A stretch of DNA of 64,000 nt from Rhina ancylostomus (GCA_030265395.1 JARFYF010000057.1:15316835-15380834); one strand, 5' to 3'. Shown: positions 1 to 12,543, counted from the stretch's first letter. Notes: a model not told the origin generated them from the sequence alone. Program-made: numbers and translations.

Positions 1-18
1 GAATGCACTTTCCTGCAG

Positions 19-188
19 GGAATGAGCTGCTGAAGAAGAAAGTTCTGGTAGCAGGTCGGAATGATGAACCAAAACCACAGAGAGGTCAGAATGTAACCGT
101 GCGGCTGAAGATGACACTGGAGGATGGAACAGAGGTAGAGGAAGATCCCTCCCTCACTTTCACCGTGGGGGATGGGGATGTTATCCAG
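19..188 (+). CDS. FKBP8: FKBP8 coding exon, first half of FKBP-type PPIase domain (gene starts upstream of window)
   Basis: Acceptor ttcctgcag|; encodes (G)NELLKKKVLVAG...TFTVGDGDVIQ; donor CAG|gttggt; matches the FKBP8/FKBP38 motif GNGLL.KK.L..G...GD.DVIQ. Confidence 0.93.
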
Positions 189-281
189 GTTGGTGCTGGT
201 AAGCAGTTGGTACCTTCATGTTTTTGCAGGTGCAGGCTGTGTGAGGAATTCATTTCAGTGTCCATTTCTGTCTCTCTGCAG

Positions 282-370
282 GCGTTGGATCTTTGCATCC
301 AGTTGATGGAGCCAGGGGAAGTGGCATTAATTTTCTCTGATGCCAAGTATGCCTATGGTTGTCTGGGCAG
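282..370 (+). CDS. FKBP8: FKBP8 coding exon, second half of PPIase domain
   Basis: tctctctgcag| ALDLCIQLMEPGEVALIFSDAKYAYGCLG AG|gtaggt; phase joins both neighbours. Confidence 0.93.
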
Positions 371-589
371 GTAGGTGCTGCGAGTCTATCAGTAAAGCTG
401 AGCCATTGGCAACAATAGATGTAATGGTCTTTCGCTGTGCCTCTTCACCTCCATTTCTCCCCATGGGTGCAGATCCCACAGAAGCATCAGCACCACCTAT
501 AGTAAAGTTCCCCTACACTGTCCCACCAAAAAGGAATGGGGTTGCAGTGGTTAAGTTCTTGGACTAAAACATGCAGAGGGATACATTTG

Positions 590-1250
590 GTCCCTTGCAT
601 GGAGCAAGACTCAGACTTCCTTCAGGCATGGGCTAATAAGTAGCAAGTAGCCTTCATGCACATAACTACAAGGCAATGACCATGTCCAATCAAAGAGTAT
701 AATCACCTACCCTGATACATTTGCCATTGGCCAGAAATTTAAGTAAACCATCCAGTCAGAGAGTGTGTATCCTGTAGTAAATAACTCACTGCCTAACTGC
801 CCAAAGCCCTTTCATCAGTTACATAGTACGGATCAGGAGTGTGATGGAATACCGTCCTTTGCCTGGATGAGTACAGCTCCAGTAACACTCCAGAACATTT
901 ACAGCATCCAAAACAGAGCAGCCTGCCAGATTGGCATTCTGACCATCACTTTAAACATTCACTCCCTCCACCATCAGTGCTACTCTGATAGAATCTTTCA
1001 AATACATGACCTTAATTACCAAGGACAAGGGCAGCAGGTGCATAGGAACACCCAGGTCTGCAGTTTCCTGCCAATCACATACCAGTCTGACTTGGAAATA
1101 TACAATATACTGTCAGTCCTTCATTGTTGCTGGAACTAGATTCTGGAATTCATCAGAGGGACTGCAGTAGTTCAGGTCAGTGGTTCACAGGCAGTTATGT
1201 GTGAGCAGTGAAAGCTAGTCCCACCAAGGATGGTCCTCCATGAATAAATT
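590..1250 (+). mobile_element. Degenerate LINE (CR1/L2-clade) 3' fragment
   Basis: Interrupted frames; the same family tail recurs at 31820-32075 and 49750-50010; boundaries approximate. Confidence 0.55.
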
Positions 1251-1563
1251 AACTTAAAAGGGACTCAGCTGCTTTTCCTTGGTCTGAGGACGATTTATCT
1301 AGTTTGTGCTGGGGTTTGTCAATGGGGAGGTTCATTTGAATCACATTGGATCTTGAAGTATTGCAGCTAGCACACTTAGTCTAGTTTTGAACAGGATTAA
1401 TCTGGCTCCTAGTGTGAGTTGTGCCAAAGCATGTTTCTTGGTGAACTTATGTTTCCTTTAAAGGAAATGACCCAATATACCTTCTACTTGGCACTTTTGG
1501 CAAGGCTGGTGGTGTGGAGGTTATGCAGTCCTTTTTACCATGCTATCTCTCATCCCCTGCCAG

Positions 1564-1784
1564 CACTCAACCCACAGTACCCTCAAATGCCACTGTGCAC
1601 ATTGAGATCCAGCTTCTCACAGTGAAGGATGGCCCGGATGTCGAACTCCTGTCGGGGAAGGAGCGGTTACTGCTGGCCAATAAGAAAAGAGAACGAGGGA
1701 ATGCCTACTTTCTTCGGAATGAGTACGTCTTCGCAATCAACTCGTATGACATCGCCCTCAATTTTGCAAACTCGAGCTCCAAAG
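1564..1784 (+). CDS. FKBP8: FKBP8 coding exon, end of PPIase domain and TPR1
   Basis: cccctgccag| (S)TQPTVPSNATVHIEIQLL...LANKKRERGNAYF...AINSYDIAL...SSK G|gtatgt. Confidence 0.93.
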
Positions 1785-2109
1785 GTATGTTTGGGTATTT
1801 TGACCTGTGATGGTGGATGGTAGCCAGTGTGAGGAACCTAACTGAAGGTGATCAATCAGTGAGACCACTGCTTCGGATCCCCACTGTTCCCAGCTTTCTC
1901 TCATTTAAGTAATACTTTGGTCAGTTCATCTTTAGTCCGAAACCTATAGCTCGTGATTACTGTTATTGACTTCCATTTGCTAAAGTTTTGTCCTTTTCTG
2001 TCCTGCACAAAGTGCTGTTCACTAATCTTACTGTCATCATCAAACTTGGACATAACTCTCTGTTTTGTAACTCGTAGGTTCCTTCCCCTCTCTGGATTGT
2101 TACTCGTAG

Positions 2110-2430
<321 letters not shown>

Positions 2431-3174
2431 TAATTTATGTAATAACATTCTGTGTACATTACTAACGGGTTTAATTGTTAAGATATTACATCCATATGTT
2501 TAATGGAAAGTGCCAAATGAACACTGGGCTGCAGCGCAACCAATGGTGGAATGCTGAAATGACAGTGTGATATTCACATGAGGAATTTCAAACATACACA
2601 GAAATTTATAATGAATTATTTTTTTAAAGGACAGAATATGGACCAAATTACCTCTGTATGCAGATTCAGTTATCCGTCTGTTCTTGTCCATATCACCTCT
2701 AATTGTAAATTGGCTTTGATAGATGTCATGAAGTTTGCACAGTGCAGCCAAGGTTTACTTGTTGTCAGCAAGTAGATGGTGGAAAGGCTTTGAGCATGAG
2801 GGGACTGATTCACTCACCACTAGGTTCCAGCTGTGACCTGCCACAATGTTTGCATGGCTGGTCCAGTTGAAATCAGGATGTTAGTGGTTGCTCACTGATA
2901 ATTGTAGCTGATCTGTGACTGAACCCCACCAATCTGCCTTTCCCCTAGATATCTTTGGTTAGCTAAGATAATCTTTCAGTTTTAATTTAACAGTTGACCT
3001 GGCATTAATTGCCATTTTCAGAAAAGAATTCCATTAAAAAAAATACAACAGGGCTCTGCGATCCTTCACCCGTAGGATTCATGAGCAGGTAGCTGAAAGT
3101 TGCCATTCTGGAGGTTTGACTAACAGGAAACGTAGCCATACCCTGATCCCACCTGGTTGATTCTGTGTTATTAG

Positions 3175-3252
3175 GTTCTGACCTTGCAGGGTGAATACGC
3201 AGAAGCTATACCAGTCCTGAAGCAAGCTGCACGACTAGAGCCATCAAACAAG
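3175..3252 (+). CDS. FKBP8: FKBP8 coding exon, TPR3 (78 nt, not in ORF track)
   Basis: gttattag| VLTLQGEYAEAIPVLKQAARLEPSNK |gtgagt. Confidence 0.93.
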
Positions 3253-3529
3253 GTGAGTGGAAGGCCAGCAAAGTACAAGTGAACATAATCTTTGTTGTAA
3301 ACAGTAATTCATAGTGAGCAATGGGAATATCTCCAACACTATTAGGGTGCTTTGCCCACGTGCCCAGATGTATTTTGTGTCCTTTGGCCTTTATCTGTGT
3401 GGATGAGGTGTATTTTGAATTTATGTGTACGTATATAGTACATGCGAACTGGACTATGTATTTTAAGTGCCTAATATATGTGTTCTATCACTGCATTTTC
3501 ACATTCATGGATCTTTTCATAGCATCATA

Positions 3530-5390
3530 AAAACATTATGACATGGCCATTTGGCCCATTGTGTCTATACTAGCCATGAAAGCTGTGCAGTCAAATCTTG
3601 CCTTTCAGCACTGCATATGTAGCCCTGCAGATCATGGCTCTGTAAGTACACACCAAGTACTGTTTAAAATGTGGTAAGAGTTTTTATCTTTACCGCCCTT
3701 TTAGGCAGAGAGCTCCAGTACCCTTCCACCCTTCTGGTGTAAGACATTTTTCCTCATCTTCCTTCTAATCCTTCTACCAATTACTCTAAACTATGCTCCC
3801 TGGTTTTGACACCTCTGCAAAGAGAAATAGATCCTTCCTACTTATTCTGTATAGGCCTCTCATAATTGTCTCCACTTGATTAAATCTCTTTGCCTCCTCT
3901 GTTCCAATGGAAAAGACTACAGTCTATCCAATCTTTCTCATGGCTAACATATTTCAGTTCTGGCAATATCCTTGTAAATCTCCTCTGCATCTTCCGCTCC
4001 ACTGCAATCACTTCTTTCCTGTCCGTGGTCCAGAACTGCACACTCTATTCAAGCTGTGGTCTTGCTAGCATTGCATACAGTTGTAGTAAATTCTGCTCTT
4101 ATATTTTATGTGTTGGGTATTAAAGGAAAGCATTCAATACGTCTTGCTATATCTGTGGAGAAGTACTCCTTCTGTAAATCCCCAGCTCCCAGTATCCTCC
4201 CATTTATTGTGCTTCTTCCTAAATGCATTACCTCGCACTTCCCTAGTTTGAATTCCATCTGCCACTCCCTATCCAGCTGACCATCTATAATTGTTCTGCA
4301 GTCTAAAGCTTTCCCCCTTATTGTCACCTTGCAGCCAAGTTTTGAATTGTATAAAGACTTCTTTGTTATGCCCCTTACATTGGCGTTTAAATCACTAATA
4401 TACATTATAGAAAGGCATTGGTCTGTGTACTGAGTGCTGTGGAGCCCCACCATAAGATCTTTCCTTTATTAATTGAAACACAGAATATACCAGCAGGAAG
4501 ATCATGCTACAACCATAAACAAAACACCTATTAGCCAATACTATCTGCTTTAAGCCACTGGGCCATGTAGACTGTATGTAAGTCTATAATGCATTCCCAG
4601 CAATGTGATTGCCTCTTTTCGCTTTTTAGTTCAACATATCTACCTTCACTTGATGATCCTTCTAACATATCATCCCTTCCCACAGCTGTAATTGTTTCTT
4701 TAACCAATATTCCCACCACAAATGATTCTCTCTCTTTTTCATCTGAAGACCCTATTAACAGGAATGTTAAAGCTGTAATTCCTAACCCTTTTATCTGCAT
4801 TTCACTAATATCTTAGTTCCACATGCCTATCAGTGCCTTCACCTCATCTTTCTTGGATTGTGCATTTAAGCACAGCCACACTCTTTTTAAAAGTATTTTC
4901 CAACCTTTGTTTGCTCTGCCTTCCAAATTCTGATTTTCTGTCTTCATGGTTCTGCCTTTTCTCCCATTATTGGTCCTAGACCTGTTGAGATGCAACCCAC
5001 CTGACAAGCATCTAAAGCCAGCCATTCTTCCTTCAGCATCTCAGCAATCTGTTTACCTACACTACTCTCCTATTTCTGGATTCTCTAGCAACAACATGGA
5101 ATTTACTTTGAGTTTGTACTTAATCTCTTTTGTAACTCCATAAAATCTGCCTGCAAGTCCTCAGAAAAAATATCTACCTGTCATTCATATTGATATGGAC
5201 CATAACCTCTGGCTAGTCATCCTATCCCACTGCTGTTACTCAATGATATCTTTTGATCCTGACACCAGAAAGCCAACTGGAATCACATCTGCTTCTCTAA
5301 CTATTCAATCCCCTATAACTATTGATTTTGTGACCTTGCTTCTCCCTCTGTGTAGCCGAGCCTCCCATGAGCCTTGGCTCTGGCTACACT
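3530..5390 (-). mobile_element. Decayed CR1-like LINE in FKBP8 intron
   Basis: Minus-strand peptide remnants WQMEFKLGKCEVMHLGR (RT C-terminal region), VGILVKETITAVGRDD and CLNAQSK (APE endonuclease); many frameshifts; CR1-type 3' tail near 3530. Confidence 0.8.
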
Positions 5391-5518
5391 CGCCTTGGGT
5401 TCTCACTTCCTTAAAGATACCCAGGGTTTATGTTGGATGAGATCGTGTCCTTGCAGAGTGCTGCTGACCACTGTGCGCGATTTGAACTTTGCTAACAACT
5501 GCTGCTGCTGCTGTACAG

Positions 5519-5650
5519 GCGATTCAGGCCGAACTCTCCCAGCTACTGAGGAAGCAATCTGAGCAGCGGACCTTGGAGCAGGCAATGTACCGGAAGATGC
5601 TCGGAGATATGGCTACGCCCCCTATATCCTCACCATCTCGATTCTCATGG
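5519..5650 (+). CDS. FKBP8: FKBP8 coding exon, post-TPR helix / calmodulin-binding region
   Basis: ctgtacag| AIQAELSQLLRKQSEQRTLEQAMYRKMLG...SRFSW |gtatgt. Confidence 0.92.
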
Positions 5651-5879
5651 GTATGTGAATTTAAAAACTTTGCTGTTTACATTTTCTTTCACACTGGGTA
5701 GAGGTTGCTTGTCCATAGAAATACCTAAAGATGAGGAAAGTAAAGGGTACAATACCGGATTGAGACAGCGTAGAGGGAGTTTTACTCTATCTAACCTGTG
5801 CTCTTTCCAGGTGGGAGGATTTGAAGAGAAATGTAGGGGGAGCTTTACCCTGCATCTAACCCATGCTGTCCTGTCCTGA

Positions 5880-6044
<165 letters not shown>

Positions 6045-6362
6045 CACTTGGAGAGTGGACCGAATATCCTCATGGGGATGTGTCCACAACAAAATTCTAA
6101 CAGGGCCTCACCATTTAGTTACCTTCCCTATCCCCTGACCCAGAACATTCTGAGCCTTGTACTGCATCAGGTACTGTACATAAAGTTATTGGACTCCAGC
6201 CACCCCTTCCCTTTACATCCCAGCACAGAAATATCCATAATGGAGCATGTAGTGATTGATGATCAGTTCATATTATAACATTGATTGGATTTTATTTATT
6301 TCTTGGGGGTGGCTTAGAGCTTCCTGTTGAGTGAAATTTATGCAAAATGTTTATATAACTAC

Positions 6363-6368
6363 AATAAA
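6363..6368 (+). terminator. FKBP8 polyadenylation signal AATAAA
   Basis: First AATAAA about 320 nt after the stop, followed by GT/T-rich sequence. Confidence 0.7.
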
Positions 6369-6414
6369 ATGTTTATATTGAATTCCATGTGGGTGAGTAT
6401 TGCTTATAGAAACT

Positions 6415-6685
6415 AATGAGGGGGTGGAGACATTACTTCCTTACACTGGAAATTCGAACTTGGAGCACAGTCTCAGAACAAGGGGTTGGCCAGCTAAGAC
6501 TGAGATAAGGAGAAATTACTAAAAGGGTTGTGAATCTTTGACATTCTCCTCCTGTGAATACCAGATGCTCAATGGCTGAGTAGATTAAGGCTGAGATCAG
6601 TAGATTTTTTTTGAGGAAAAGGGGAAATTGAGTGGGGAAATGCAGCCATAACCTTACTAAAGGTTGAATAGCCTACTGCACGTCC
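6415..6685 (+). mobile_element. CR1-like 3' fragment between the two poly(A) sites
   Basis: Similar to CR1 3' ends at 35480-35770 (agactgagataaggagaaatt...aaggctgagatcagtagattttt). Confidence 0.65.
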
Positions 6686-7746
6686 TCCCCAGGTTACAAA
6701 TGCTCAACTTATGCACAGCCCGTACATAAGAATAAGCATCTGGGAGACCAGTAGGATGGATTTGCCAGCTGCTGTGAAGCTGCAGGCTTCTTCTATTACC
6801 TGGGATTTAATTTGTGGCTGCATTTCCAACGTGAACTTGCCCAGGTTACGAACAGTTCCCAAGAATGGAACAATGCAGTAACCTGGGGAGGAACTGTCTA
6901 AGGTGGATGACAGCTCTGATGTTGACCTCATCTAACAGGCACAGACCTGTGACCTTTATTTGAAAGGACCATTGCTTTAATATTACACATTCAAATGATT
7001 TCTGATCGACTAAGACATGCTAATTTCCTGGACTTGCAACTTTATACAGTTGGACATTGTCCTGGCTAGACAATATCCCAATACACCAGCATCCCCATCC
7101 ACCGGTGAATGTGGGGAAAGGTTTAAAAGAACCAGAGATCATGTGAAAAATCTCTTTCTGCCTGTGTGGTTAGGATTTGGAAAGCTCTGCTGGTCCTCTT
7201 TCCCCTACTTTATCCCTGTGCCAGGAACTGGAACTCTGATTTTACAGCATGGATGTTGTTGTTGCAATTTCATGCTGTCTATGAAATCATTCAACTAAAT
7301 CTTTTTATCTGAGTAGTAGGTGGTGAGCTTCTATCCATTACCCTTTGCTATTCACTCTTGACATTTGTTCAACATGTGATTTTGGTGTTAAATCAGTCCA
7401 CCTGTGGTGAAATGCTGGTAGAGATTATTCCTGCAGTCTGTGCTTTAACTGAAAGCTCTAACATGACTGTAGATTCTCCTACAGCTTCTGTGAGGTACTT
7501 CCATGAAGTTAGGCACATTAAGCAAGACATAGAAACCATCATTCCAAGCCTTGGGTTGTGCTGAGAATCTGCCAGGAAATAACTTTTAGCTGTTGCTTCT
7601 CCTCCATACTCTTTCGTAGGGCTCACCAAGACTCTCATTTGAAAACTAATTCAAGCCCAGTGTTGTGTCCAAGATAGAGCATTCGTCCCAGCACAAATGT
7701 TTTGCATTTACTCCACCATGACAAGTAAAAACAAATAAGGACAACA

Positions 7747-7752
7747 TTTATT
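7747..7752 (-). terminator. MYO9B polyadenylation signal AATAAA
   Basis: tttatt on +, about 420 nt after the stop; on - it is followed by tgttgtccttatttgtttttac (GU/U-rich downstream element). Confidence 0.7.
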
Positions 7753-8173
7753 TATATAAAAACTGTACTTTTTCACAGGTGGGGAAAATGGTTACAAGTG
7801 GGCAGGGGAAGGAGACTGACCTTCTCAACATACCAGGCAGGACCCCACAGTGCAACTGAGAAAGTAACCCCTTGATCAGACAGGGGGAATGTACTAACAG
7901 AGTAAAGTGTCAGAGGTTACTCTCAGGCAGTCACTCAGACACTTGGCCCGCATGGTCATTCACTCATTCTCCTGTTGATCACTTTCAGCCCAGGCATCAC
8001 TCATTCACTCTTCACAGTCAGTTCCACTCTCTTTCACTCTTGGTCCCGAGCAGTCACTACTCCCCCTTGGCTCCAGAGCATAAAGCCGAGAGAAAGTAGT
8101 TGAAACTGGCTCAGCGAGGTAAGTCTGTAAATGGGTATGATCCACTGCCTTCTCCAATAGGCGATGGGGAATG

Positions 8174-8640
8174 TTACAGGGCGGATTCATCATCTCCATG
8201 GGGTAGGTCAGCTAGCGGGTCAGAAAACCTCCTCTGGACCTTGGCTGGGGTGGGTTTGGTCTCATCAGGGTGACCAGCGTTTGGTAATGGCAGGAGGTCC
8301 TGCACAGCGACGTACATGGAATGGATATTGTCAGATCGCCGGGAGGGGAGGTTGCGGTGTCGCATAGTGACTGCCAGTGGGTGAGATTCCCCATCTGCAG
8401 TATCAGGACTTGCAGGGGCACCACCCACAGCACTGACAATGCCAGGGGGAAGTTTGATGTTCCGCGTGGGCAGCACAGCTTTCCGACGGGGCAACTTAAT
8501 GCTGGCGAGCATGGAGAACGCCCGTCGCTGCGCAACAGGAGGACAAGCTGGCAATGACACAGGTTCAGTTGGGGGGATGATGCTCTCTGGAATGGCAGGC
8601 GGAGGCTCACGTCGTCCTGTGAACTGGAACACTGCAGAAC
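8174..8640 (-). CDS. MYO9B: MYO9B last coding exon (proline-rich tail)
   Basis: ttttctccctccag| ...KLPRRKAVLPTRNIKLPPG...RRSDNIHSMYV...RRFSDP...TAA; resembles the MYO9B C-terminus (NIKLPPG, IHSVYI, RRYSDP). An in-frame alternative acceptor 9 nt downstream (exon start 8631) also exists. Confidence 0.9.
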
Positions 8641-8798
8641 CTGGAGGGAGAAAAGTTTACTCATTACACCAGTTTTTCAGCCGTCCACCTTCCTGCCATT
8701 TGTGCAGACCACAATTCACACTGTCCAACACACCTGCTGTATTGAACAGATAAAGGAGCCTCAGAAGTACACAAGATGGCAACCTACTTTTTACTGAC

Positions 8799-8926
8799 CT
8801 CCGGACTCCACTTGTGCTGGTCGATCATCGAGAAGGCTCTCCATACTCAAGGAAGCCTCTGAATCCATGTTTTCCTCATCAGAGCCTCTCTGTTCCAATT
8901 GTGGGAGCTCAAGTGTCAGCTGATCC
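8799..8926 (-). CDS. MYO9B: MYO9B exon (post-RhoGAP coiled-coil/acidic tail)
   Basis: ccctgcag| DQLTLELPQLEQRGSDEENMDSEASLSMESLLDDR... G|gtcagt; 128 nt, phases 2/1. Confidence 0.92.
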
Positions 8927-9261
8927 CTGCAGGGAAGCAGCAGACAGGTAAAGGTATGGTTATCACTTCACAAGAACCCAGTCTTCTTCTTCATTCACCC
9001 ACCACTTACAGTCGGCTTTACAAGTAGAGAGCAATAAATGATCTCGGGCTCTTTTTAGTTAAATTCCTGTGCCTCTTGGCTAGCAAGGCACCAGATGCTA
9101 TCCAGTGACAGGCTGGCACACATTGGGTAAGGAGAGGATCAGGGGAGCAATATTGGTGTCTCTCCCAATGTTCCCTGCCCAGAGATTTCATTCCCCAGTG
9201 AGAATTGATACCTGAACACAGGCAATGTAGTGTTTCATGGCAAGGTGCTTCCCTCACTGAC

Positions 9262-9404
9262 CTCTCCTCCTTTATTGACTGGATCTGCTCCATCAGGATT
9301 TCCTCCTCATGTTCCATGTCAGTGTCGGATGGTTCCTCCTCTTCCAGACTTACCAAATTGGGAGGATTCTCCTCATTGGATTTTGGGGTCCTAGGCCCTT
9401 TGCT
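9262..9404 (-). CDS. MYO9B: MYO9B exon (acidic tail)
   Basis: ccattttag| SKGPRTPK...EEEILMEQIQSIKEE AG|gtcagt. Confidence 0.9.
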
Positions 9405-10249
9405 CTAAAATGGAGGTAGGGAAGAAGATGATCATTGTTACACAGCTTCTTGGTGCCCTGGTTCCATCCCACATTTGGACCAACCAGACCGCAGTTAGGG
9501 TGATAACTGTGGGGGTAGGATGGCAAAGGTGGGATCAGCCAGTAATCCTCCTGACCCAGTGACTCTTTTGTGGAGAGACAGAATGGAGCAAAACCATGAC
9601 AACTCCCAAGTGGCAGTTTCCTTGCAATACTCACTCCCCTCTGGTGCAGGGAGCCCATGAGATCACACCATATTGGGGTTGGATTGACAGAGGGGAGACG
9701 TTTGGAGCAGTTTGAAAAAATTGGAAGAAATGACTCAAATTATTACAATCCTAGAGATCCCAGCAACAGGCAGTAATGATGCCTTTCCCTCTACAATGGT
9801 TTGCTGCGGAGAGGATTGGGGAAGTGGATGAAGGCACAATGGGAGGGAGGTGGGGGAAGCCTCCTATCAGATGCTGGCTATCTTCAACAGAAATTAGCAG
9901 CAGGTCACTTCCCCTTAAAATTTTACACCTGAAATCTGGAACATCTGACCCCACACAACCACTCCCAGAGGGAGGCATGGCAATGCCAGGATGATGGGAG
10001 TTGCAGGCATGAAGAGGGAAGAAACATTTGGAGTGAAGGAACACTTCAGTACATAGACCACAATGAACAATGTGAGGGTTCAGGTGGTGGGGTGGTCCTT
10101 AGTGAGGTGGCATACACATAATGCATGCGTTGTAATGGGTGGATGCTAGTGATGGAGGTCAGTGAAGGAGGGGCTGTGGTACATGCGAGAACTATGGAAT
10201 GAAAACAGACATGCAGAGAGGAGGTGATCCAAACTAGCCCAGTACCTAC

Positions 10250-10297
10250 CAGTACCCCGTCATACGGAGCAGAAAACCCGACTTCAAGAGGCCAAAG
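10250..10297 (-). CDS. MYO9B: MYO9B 48-nt cassette exon
   Basis: Long pyrimidine tract, ctccag| LWPLEVGFSAPYDGVL |gtaggt; homologous to the 16-aa PWPLKLGFSSPYEGVL segment; phase 0/0. Confidence 0.88.
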
Positions 10298-10743
10298 CTG
10301 GAGAACAAGAGCAAGAGTGAGGAGGAGGAGGAACAAAGAAAAATCACCAAACAGTCCCAATCTAATCATACAGAAATATAAGCAGAGCAAACGTTTCAAC
10401 CGTTCTCTGAGCAATAGGGAAGCCCAGACCCCATAATAAGGCTGGGATTGTTTGGGAACTGATTTCTACTTTGCTGAGATCAAAAGACTAACACTTTTCA
10501 TATTGCCCCAGACCACAATCCTAACCCACAATGGCATCATACCTTTATCACCCCTAATCCCACTTCCTCTACAGGACCAAGCACAGTCCTCTGTAGAGAA
10601 GCAACTTTAGAATAAAAATAAAAGGAGAGGAGATCAGCAATACTGGGTCAAGGGGCTGAATAGCCTCCCAATGGTGTGCCGCATGCTTGAGGACCGAATA
10701 GCTGATTTTCCAAAACCGTGTTAATGTGTGTTTACCAACTTAC

Positions 10744-10858
10744 GCGTAGGAGTGAGAGGCGACGGACTGCAAGCTGCTCTGCTGTCTCCAGTTGGGTGAT
10801 TTCATCCATTTTCATTTTGTATTTACGCATCTGCTCAGTGATCAGCAACTCCACGCAC
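10744..10858 (-). CDS. MYO9B: MYO9B exon, end of RhoGAP domain
   Basis: ccttgcag| [38 protein letters not shown] |gtaagt. Confidence 0.92.
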
Positions 10859-12543
10859 CTGCAAGGAGTAACTCNNNNNNNNNNNNNNNNNNNNNNNNNN
10901 NNNNNNNNNNNNNNNNNNNNNNNNNNNNACCTTTCGTCCCCATTGAGAGATTCCAAAGCACTACATGGCCAGGGCAGTAAATTTCAGCTGTTGTAACTGT
11001 TGGAGAAACAATGGGCAATTTGGGCACAGCAAGGTATCACAATAAGTTTCATTTGGGCCCTGGTTCTTCAAACTAATGACCATGAGATCCACTCTCACTT
11101 GGGAGTTTAATATTTCATCTGGAGCATCTCCTCAACAAGGACCAAACTTCATTCCTAAAGTGTGCAGTTCATAATTGGACCTCTCCTCAGCCGAACTCGT
11201 AACAATAATTATAATAAAAGGTTCTACCATTATAGAGATTTTTTTGGAAAGAAAATGCTCCCTCAAGCCATTGCAGCTCACAAGGAGCTCATTCAACCCT
11301 TTTGTTTGATAGGGCAAAAAAAAAAGCAACTTCTATAGCAATGTTGATAGATATACAGTAGGGGAAAGCTTTTCAGTCCATTGAGACTTCATGATCATGC
11401 CCAACCTCTCCATTTACTGAAATCTATCCATTTCACATTTAGAATTAATCACTGACCTGGCATCAGTTGTCATTTACAGAAGTTTTCTGATTGCTGTTTA
11501 CTCTGTGTAGAAATGTTTCAAACCTCACTGCCCCCATGTCCAAGACTCCCCAAACAGAAGGAATTGTTTCTCTCCATCGACTCTCAGTTCCCCCTTAACT
11601 TGCTTATCGTACAACTTCTGTGGAATACAACCCAAGTCCACAAATCTTAACCCTCAGGCCCAAAGCATTAATCTGATCCTCCTTGGGCAATACATCTTTT
11701 CCAAGCTGTTGAGCTATTTTAAGAGGGAATTGGACAAAAAAAAATTGGAGGACTTTGGGAAAAGAGCCGGGGTGGAGCGGTGCGGGGTTTGTGCAACCAG
11801 TAGGAGAGCACTCAGCCAGTGATCCAAATGGCCTCCATTTGGGTTGCAAGATTCCATGATCTCAGCTGGGATATTTGCTCCTGGACACCATCCAATGATT
11901 CCTTGCTGGAGTGTGCTGGGGGTTGGGCTTCAGGTTCACGTGGCTTGAATTAGGTTAGATGGGACTATATAAATGAATATTCTGCTATCCTCAATCTGCA
12001 AATGGGTACTTGAGGATTAAGTAGTCAAATAGGGACCAGAGAGATGCTATTAAATTGCTAAACCAACTGGGGAAAGACACAAGTAGCAGGAACTGCCATT
12101 AATTCAAGCACAACACTTTTACTTCAATAGGCCTTGTGTTTGCAATGAGTTATTTCACTCATCTTCAGTACACAAACCCAGAGTCTGATTGGTCCAGTAA
12201 CAGGGACAGAGCAAGTGGTCCTGCTCGAGGAATTGCTGGCACATACCTGCTGTGCCACAGCCTCTTTCAAAAGGTTCAGTGCAACCACAGTGATCAGATA
12301 TTGAGCAGCAAACACAAAGGAATAGGCTTTTGAAGGGGGCCTGAAACATTGTTTCTCTCCACGGATGCTGCCTGCTCTGAGCACCCAACTCTCCAGAGGC
12401 TGGTGACACACACCAGGTAAAAATCAACCCTCAGAACCTGTGTTTTACATGCATATACACACACACACATACATAGCTCTCAGTCTCCTAAACACAGCCA
12501 GTAGAATTAATTTTCTGATGGAATAAGGAATAGGAAGACTCAC

